DNA of 11,368 nucleotides from Oligoflexia bacterium (GTDB taxonomy: Bacteria > Bdellovibrionota > Bdellovibrionia > JABDDW01). The notes under the pieces were generated by a model. That model was not told the origin of the DNA. It saw only the letters and a program-made list of their open reading frames with translations, and ran no database searches. The DNA lies in NCBI GenBank assembly GCA_043732305.1, contig JAYTHU010000150.1, positions 1-11,368 on the forward strand, in the 5' to 3' direction. The translations under genes were made by a program, and so were the position numbers. This document shows positions 6,182 through 11,368 of the stretch, piece after piece; the stretch's first letter is position 1, and the number at the start of each line of letters is the position of its first letter.

Positions 6182-7318
6182 TTAAGATTGAGCGGACCAT
6201 TTAAGATCGCGTGGGCCAACATATTTTCCACGAGGTCGATAAATACGATTGTTCGCGTATTGTTCCAAGCTGTGTGCATTCCAACCAGCGATGCGACTGA
6301 CTGCAAAAATTGGCGTGAACAAATCAATCGGAATATCCAAGCAATAATAAACGCTAGCAGAATAGAAATCCACGTTGGGCAACAAACCTTTTTTATCCTG
6401 CATGATATCGTCAATCTTGACGCTCATCTGATACCACTGGGGTTCTCCACGGCGTTTACCCAATTCTTCAGACATACCTTTCAGAATTTTTGCGCGAGGG
6501 TCGCCGTTCTTATAAACGCGATGACCAAAGCCCATGACTTTTGCTTTGTTTTCGAGAGCATCTTTAATAAATTTTTCGCACTCTTGCATGTTACCGATTT
6601 GCAAAAGCATTTTCATGACTTGTTCATTGGCCCCACCATGCAACGGTCCTTTAAGAGTGCCAATGCCGCTGGTGATAGCTGAGTGTAAATCGCTCAATGA
6701 GCTCGTGGTCACGCGAACACTAAACGCCGAACAGTTCAGTTCATGATCGGCGTGCAGGATAAGCGCGGTATCAAAAACTTTAACATGATAAGCATCCGGC
6801 TCTTTACCTTGAAGCATATGCAGGAAATTCCAAGCGATGGATTTTCCAGCCTGAGGTGCAATAAGATCCAAACCTTTCCTAAATCTTTCAAACGCACAAA
6901 CCAAAGGTCCCATTTTTGCCATGAGATCGATTGCTTTTCGATGATTGGCTTCGGGACTGATGTCACCCGCTTCTTTATTCCAAAGTGCAGAAGCAGAAAC
7001 GGCTGTTCGCAACCATTCCATAGGATGAACATTTTTATTCGGAAGACTTTTCAAAAAAGACACAAAGTCTTTGTCTAAAGTCATGCGCTTTCCAATTTCC
7101 ATTTTAAATTGATCGAGCTCTGCTTTTGTAGGAAGTTTTTTATTCCATAAAAGAAGTGAGGTCTCTTCGAAAGTCGAATGCTCCGCAAGATCTTCGATCG
7201 TGTAGCCCGCGTATGTCAGGGTTGTGTCTATGATGGAAGAAATAGCCGTGGAACATGCCACAACACCCTCTAATCCTTTATCAATTGCTCCAGCATACTC
7301 TTGTACTTGTTCAGCCAT
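6182..7318 (-). CDS. gltA: citrate synthase (short dimeric type; 2-methylcitrate synthase not excluded)
   Basis: KGLEGVV, HPM, ILHADHELN, GPLHGGAN, GFGHRVYKNGDPR, PNVDFYS, FTPIFAVSRIAGW, RIYRP. 378 aa. No prpB/prpD nearby. Confidence 0.93.
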   Translation of the reverse strand: MAEQVQEYAGAIDKGLEGVVACSTAISSIIDTTLTYAGYTIEDLAEHSTFEETSLLLWNKKLPTKAELDQFKMEIGKRMTLDKDFVSFLKSLPNKNVHPMEWLRTAVSASALWNKEAGDISPEANHRKAIDLMAKMGPLVCAFERFRKGLDLIAPQAGKSIAWNFLHMLQGKEPDAYHVKVFDTALILHADHELNCSAFSVRVTTSSLSDLHSAITSGIGTLKGPLHGGANEQVMKMLLQIGNMQECEKFIKDALENKAKVMGFGHRVYKNGDPRAKILKGMSEELGKRRGEPQWYQMSVKIDDIMQDKKGLLPNVDFYSASVYYCLDIPIDLFTPIFAVSRIAGWNAHSLEQYANNRIYRPRGKYVGPRDLKWSAQS

Positions 7319-7356
7319 AATCGAAGATCCTTTCCAGTTAAGTCGTCTTCATTATT

Positions 7357-8109
7357 CTATTGAAAAACGATGTGCTTTACAATGGCTTCGAACGCTTCAT
7401 TGCTATACAGGAGTCCCGCATGACCAACATAGTCGAGTCTCACATTCTTAATTGAGCTCTCGGGCACTCCCACGGCGGCACCATTCTCGCCTGGAGAAAT
7501 GGTCCAATCGAAAGGTGAATAAATGCTTACAAGCTCACTCCCACGCGGCAGAGCGGTCGAAGACAAAAGTTTTATCAGATAAGAATTTACCTTGAGATCA
7601 CCATCTAATGCAGCGCGAGCGAACCCTTTAGTGAATATGCTGAGGTGGGTCCCCTGATGCGGCGTCCCTAACGTGATGAGCTTATTTACTTTGCCTCGAC
7701 CTTCACCCAGGCTCATAAAAGTACGGGCAACGAGCCCACCCAGCGAATGTGCAACGATGTCAATTTGCGACGCAGACGTTGTATCTAATATTTCTTGAAC
7801 TTTTTTTGCGAGCATTTCAACCATCTGCAAAACGTTTCCGCGCGTGGTGGAATAATTGAAAGTGTGGATGTTATCCCAACCCTCTTTTTGCATTCGATGT
7901 TTCAAAGAAATAAATGCCGAGCGATTGTGAAAAATTCCATGCAGAAGTAAAATGGGCCGTGGATTTTTTGAGTGAGAAGAATGTTTGCGCGGGGCTTGAG
8001 ATTTTTCAAAAAAACCCAAAGGGTACAGATGGAAGGCTACAAGATTGGCTCCCATTTCCGTCAGGGTGCTCTTAATAATCCGTTTACTTCGTTTTAGTTT
8101 TTGAAACAT
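7357..8109 (-). CDS. alpha/beta-fold hydrolase (lipase/esterase)
   Basis: PILLLHG oxyanion motif, AHSLGG nucleophile elbow (A-H-S-x-G as in Bacillus-type lipases), ITLGTPHQG, SPFD (Asp), VGH (His). Confidence 0.9.
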   Translation of the reverse strand: MFQKLKRSKRIIKSTLTEMGANLVAFHLYPLGFFEKSQAPRKHSSHSKNPRPILLLHGIFHNRSAFISLKHRMQKEGWDNIHTFNYSTTRGNVLQMVEMLAKKVQEILDTTSASQIDIVAHSLGGLVARTFMSLGEGRGKVNKLITLGTPHQGTHLSIFTKGFARAALDGDLKVNSYLIKLLSSTALPRGSELVSIYSPFDWTISPGENGAAVGVPESSIKNVRLDYVGHAGLLYSNEAFEAIVKHIVFQ

Positions 8110-8114
8110 ATTTT

Positions 8115-9014
8115 TTAAACTTTTTTGAGTCTTACGATTTTGTCTTTCACACGCATCACAACCACGCTCAAATCTTGAGGGTATTCCGTGCCTTGCGCAA
8201 ATTGCTTGGCTTGAAATAAAATTTCATTTCTGACCTCATGGCAACTTTTAGAAGAGCTATCGACCAGATATTTTAAAAGACGTTTTTCACCAAAGGCTTC
8301 ACCTTTTTTATTTTGCACTTTTGGAAGTCCACAGCTCACTACAATAAGTCTATCCCGCGGATCTAAAATTAGACTTTCCTTTTTAAATTTAATTTTTGAA
8401 CCCTTGATTCCCAACGGGCCTTGAGTTGAGTCAAGCACTACAAATTTATCTAAATCATGTTTGTAAACGTAAGCCAAAACATCACCGGAGAGAGAGTAGT
8501 TCATAGAGAAATCACGGCGATCCAGCACAGCGTAAAAAACCTGTGCAGCTTGCGCCTCGTTGACTTTATCTTGAACTTCCTCATTCATTTTTTTCAAAAC
8601 CTGATCCGCCTCTAATCCTTTTCTAGCCTCGAGCTGCGTAGCCAGTTTCAAAAGCACGGATAAGAATAATGAAGCCATCCCATGCCCAGAAGAACTGGCA
8701 ATTAGAACTCCAAACTTCAGCTTGTCTTCCATTTCAAAAATATCGAAATAATCTGAACCCGCAATGGCAGAAGCCACAAACTTGGTCGAAAATTCAAATC
8801 CAGAAATTGTGGGAATCTCTGTGGGAACTAGCGCTCGCTGAATAAGAGATGCCATTTTGAGTTGCGATGACATTTGGGAAATAAACTTTTCGAGTTGGGC
8901 GTTGATACTAGATAGTTCGTTGCGGAAGTCGAAAAGTTCCTTTTCTCGTTCTTTAACTTCTAGTGTCAGTTGTCGAATTTTAAATTCATGAGCGCGGTCA
9001 TCTCTTTTTGCCAT
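8115..9014 (-). CDS. coiled-coil plus SpoIIE/PP2C (RsbU-like) domain protein with degenerate metal-binding motifs
   Basis: ASLIQRALVP, AGSDYFD, IASSSGHG, LDPRDRLIVVSCGL, GEAFGEKRL and QDLSVVV follow the SpoIIE motif order. N-terminal heptad-rich helix. Confidence 0.88.
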   Translation of the reverse strand: MAKRDDRAHEFKIRQLTLEVKEREKELFDFRNELSSINAQLEKFISQMSSQLKMASLIQRALVPTEIPTISGFEFSTKFVASAIAGSDYFDIFEMEDKLKFGVLIASSSGHGMASLFLSVLLKLATQLEARKGLEADQVLKKMNEEVQDKVNEAQAAQVFYAVLDRRDFSMNYSLSGDVLAYVYKHDLDKFVVLDSTQGPLGIKGSKIKFKKESLILDPRDRLIVVSCGLPKVQNKKGEAFGEKRLLKYLVDSSSKSCHEVRNEILFQAKQFAQGTEYPQDLSVVVMRVKDKIVRLKKV

Positions 9015-9020
9015 TTAGAA

Positions 9021-9049
9021 ATCTTCTCGAGAATGACCGCCTCAGTCAA
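9021..9049 (-). promoter_or_regulatory. candidate sigma70 promoter giving a leaderless transcript for the SpoIIE-like gene
   Basis: TTGACT (9049-44), 17 bp, GAAGAT (9026-21), 6 nt, ATG 9014. No SD. Confidence 0.35.
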
Positions 9050-9066
9050 TTCAATTGCTCAAACTT

Positions 9067-10020
9067 TCATTGAGGCAATTGCGCAACAGTGGCCGTTGCG
9101 AACTTTTTCACGTAATTAAAAGGGAGGGTTCCAAATCCAGGGACTGGAGATTTAGACGCCCAGGTGCTGGTACCCCAAGAATTTTTAAACAAATAAACCT
9201 GCTGAGTGCGATCGTATCCCACGATAAGCACGGCATGGCCTCCCACGATCTTGTCTCCAGCAGTCGGCATAAGAACCGTGCCTGTAGCATATCGAGGAGA
9301 ATTTTTATTGCTGTAGCTCCATGCGGCGTCATACACGTCGATTCCGATTTCGACGGCCACTCCTGCTTGCAAAAATCCCATGATGGAAGTCGATGAAGAA
9401 GGAACGTTGTGAGGGTTGATGACTGCAATTTTCTGTGATGACTGCGCCGAACCAGGTGCATCACCATTGGTTAAACAACTCGTTGGCATTTTATTTGGGT
9501 TTGCAGTGTTAGCTTTGACGCAATCGGGATGAGTTGGATCATCATACCAAGCGGTTTTTTCATAAACCCAGGCTTGTTGCATGGGCACGCCATGTGCAGC
9601 AACAGCTTTCAGCAAATTGACTGGCTCACTGCCTTCAGAGTGAGGGGAGTAGCCAGGATCTGGATCATTTTGATAAAAATATTTGCTTTCCCAGTAAGCG
9701 TATTGCTCAGAGAGATCAACCGTCTGTCCCGACTTGACTTTGTATAGACTTTCAACGAGAGCCATTGATGCAAAAGCAACGCATGTTCCCCGATGACCTT
9801 GATCTTTAACGGGGCTTTGATATTGCAAAAGGTCGTACTTCATCGGAGAGGCATCATCAGTCACATGAACAAAAAATTGCTTTGCACTTTGTTCTTCTGC
9901 CGCCATTTGGGCATCGGACTTGTTCACCATGAACGGATGCATCAGCGCTTGAGCGGATGCGATCTGGCTGGATACCAGAAACGCCAACAGGATAAAAGTG
10001 AATCGTATATTTTTCGACAT
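9067..10020 (-). CDS. secreted papain-like cysteine protease (peptidase C1)
   Basis: PVKDQGHRGTCVAFA (Gln, catalytic Cys), DLSEQY, GGHAVLIVGY (His), FKNSWG (Asn). Signal peptide MSKNIRFTFILLAFLVSSQIASA. Start set at ATG 10020, which follows a GGGGGG SD. Confidence 0.93.
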   Translation of the reverse strand: MSKNIRFTFILLAFLVSSQIASAQALMHPFMVNKSDAQMAAEEQSAKQFFVHVTDDASPMKYDLLQYQSPVKDQGHRGTCVAFASMALVESLYKVKSGQTVDLSEQYAYWESKYFYQNDPDPGYSPHSEGSEPVNLLKAVAAHGVPMQQAWVYEKTAWYDDPTHPDCVKANTANPNKMPTSCLTNGDAPGSAQSSQKIAVINPHNVPSSSTSIMGFLQAGVAVEIGIDVYDAAWSYSNKNSPRYATGTVLMPTAGDKIVGGHAVLIVGYDRTQQVYLFKNSWGTSTWASKSPVPGFGTLPFNYVKKFATATVAQLPQ

Positions 10021-10200
10021 TGAATTCCCCCCAGGAAGACTTTGTGTTCTCAACTAAGGTTCCCCAACCTCAGCACTGAGTATGAAAAATTTATGCAATA
10101 TTCATTATTTTTGCAAACTTTATCTTTTACAAGTTACGCTTCGTACATAGAAATTTTGTTGGGACAAAATACTTACACTATTTTGTAAGGGAATTTAAGA

Positions 10201-10413
10201 ATGCCAGCCATTGCTTATCTCAAATTTAAAGAGTTCTTGAAAACATCAGGAATGCTTACCTTCGCGCATAGTCTAAAAACCAATGGCTTCAAAAATACTT
10301 TAGCAAAGTACGGTTGGAAGTTTTTTGCCGTTGCGTTTTTTTGCTACCTTTTGCGTGATGTCACGATCTATATCCTTTTTCCACTCTTGGCTGCTCACAA
10401 TTTGACAAAATGA
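10201..10413 (+). CDS. small membrane protein (70 aa), function unknown
   Basis: Fills the gap between flanking genes without overlap. SD-like AAGGGA at 10187-92. Basic N-terminus followed by hydrophobic KYGWKFFAVAFFCYLLRDVTIYILFPLL. Confidence 0.7.
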   Translation: MPAIAYLKFKEFLKTSGMLTFAHSLKTNGFKNTLAKYGWKFFAVAFFCYLLRDVTIYILFPLLAAHNLTK

Positions 10414-10415
10414 TT

Positions 10416-11150
10416 TTAGTTTAAAAGTTCCAGCCAATTGCTGCAGGTATTTCCAAATTTCTCAGTGACTTTAACAGGGTGTTCGCGAAAGTAATCTTTG
10501 ATTTCCCAATAATGGTAGCCAGCAGTGATTTCCTGATAACGAACAATAGTTGCCTTGGCGATGCCACGATCGTAATCGGAATCCAAAAGCTCAATACCAA
10601 AAGTTTTTTCCCGGCCTAGCTCGATAGGAGCCATGGAATCCTGATCTCGATCTATCAAATCAGCTATCTTTTCAATTCGCATAAAAAGTCTCGCCATAAA
10701 GTTTGGCTGCAAATTTAAATCCAACATTCCGCTGCGGGCAAAAAAACGCTGAGCCTTCACCTTACCAATTTCATTCATATGTTTAATAATAATTCTATGT
10801 GGAGAATCTACGGGAAAATCTTCTCCAAAGTGCTCAATGAAGAAAGCTGAGTATCTTGCGTCATCAAGGTGTCCCCCATATTCGTGGATAAATTCCTTTT
10901 TGTTATTCAGCTTTTCGTCGTCATGCTCCATCAGATAATCAAAGAGCGCATCTTTATAATGCGGGGATAATTTGAAGTGATGGATCGCGATATCCATCCC
11001 AACCGCAGTGACTCTCAACTTGTGGCTGAAATTATAGGTCATGCCATCGCGCTCAGTTTTGACTTCGGGAAAGTGATCCGGCGGCGCAGCAAATGCGCTA
11101 CTCACGCAAACCAATGCCAAGCCAACGAACAACAAACCTTTTTTAAACAT
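10416..11150 (-). CDS. secreted hypothetical protein with HD-superfamily-like motif order
   Basis: Start moved to ATG 11150 (MFKKGLLFVGLALVCVSSAFA, a signal peptide). SHKLRV ... MEHDDEK ... KIADLID matches the H...HD...D pattern. Confidence 0.75.
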   Translation of the reverse strand: MFKKGLLFVGLALVCVSSAFAAPPDHFPEVKTERDGMTYNFSHKLRVTAVGMDIAIHHFKLSPHYKDALFDYLMEHDDEKLNNKKEFIHEYGGHLDDARYSAFFIEHFGEDFPVDSPHRIIIKHMNEIGKVKAQRFFARSGMLDLNLQPNFMARLFMRIEKIADLIDRDQDSMAPIELGREKTFGIELLDSDYDRGIAKATIVRYQEITAGYHYWEIKDYFREHPVKVTEKFGNTCSNWLELLN

Positions 11151-11162
11151 GGAATACACTAT

Positions 11163-11179
11163 TGCAATATCCAATCCAG
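11163..11179 (-). promoter_or_regulatory. sigma54-like -24/-12 promoter
   Basis: CTGGATTGGATATTGCA against consensus YTGGCACGRNNNTTGCW. Exact GG-N10-GC spacing and TTGCA, with a mismatch at CAC. Confidence 0.4.
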
Positions 11180-11187
11180 CTTAGAGA

Positions 11188-11207
11188 GCGTAGACAGGCG
11201 TAGATAG
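11188..11207. repeat. 10-bp tandem direct repeat
   Basis: GCGTAGACAG GCGTAGATAG (one mismatch). Confidence 0.7.
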
Positions 11208-11239
11208 GGGTCTTCTACAGAAGATCGCACATATTTTAT

Positions 11240-11368
11240 TCAGGGTGACGTGAATTGTCCGGGAGTTTTACGAATTGAATCACGATAGATGTTACCGAAA
11301 TCGAGCTCAGAAATGGTCAATGGTGTCAAAAACTTGAGTTGACGCTTTGGTGGGCCATGATCCCACAA
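11240..11368 (-). CDS. 3' end of a hypothetical CDS entering from the window edge
   Basis: Open frame from the edge, LWDHGPPKRQLKFLTPLTISELDFGNIYRDSIRKTPGQFTSP*. The other two minus-strand frames stop earlier. Confidence 0.45.
   Translation of the reverse strand: MWDHGPPKRQLKFLTPLTISELDFGNIYRDSIRKTPGQFTSP

Noticed and set aside
1231..11207. Antisense or alternate-frame ORFs overlapping the called genes (e.g. 1231..1668, 2551..2913, 4222..4410, 5902..6135, 6188..6682, 6743..7078, 9055..9396, 9108..9467, 10977..11207)
   Set aside because: Most are shadow ORFs of well-supported genes, and none has motifs or an SD.
1..11368. CRISPR array, tRNA/rRNA, transposase, integrase or phage genes
   Set aside because: No regularly spaced repeats, cloverleaf or T-loop motifs, or mobile-element protein motifs were seen.

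Overview
Mostly a ~43% GC bacterial chromosomal segment. Its gene content (pseudo-receiver-PilZ protein, several secreted hydrolases and hypotheticals) suggests a Bdellovibrionota/deltaproteobacterial-type host, which is an inference. At ~600-625 it joins a GC-rich (~63% in the coding part) left end carrying a truncated PA2169/DUF2383-type gene, which looks like a chimeric or recombination junction. Genes from left to right: a minus-strand operon transcribed as ferredoxin-polX-nth-secreted Cys-rich protein; a CDF (CzcD/ZitB-like) metal exporter; a pseudo-receiver-PilZ protein; citrate synthase; an alpha/beta hydrolase; a degenerate SpoIIE/PP2C protein; a secreted papain-like (C1) protease; a small membrane protein; a secreted HD-like protein; and a partial CDS at the right edge. 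The best leads are (i) a ~188-nt rod-like imperfect palindrome with + strand G-U bias at 4052-4239, plus a second structured and possibly related intergenic element at ~6042-6160; (ii) the tightly coupled ferredoxin-PolX-Nth repair unit; (iii) a signal-peptide-bearing HD-like protein behind a sigma54-like promoter; (iv) two catalytically degenerate signalling proteins. I found no tRNA, rRNA, CRISPR array or transposase.
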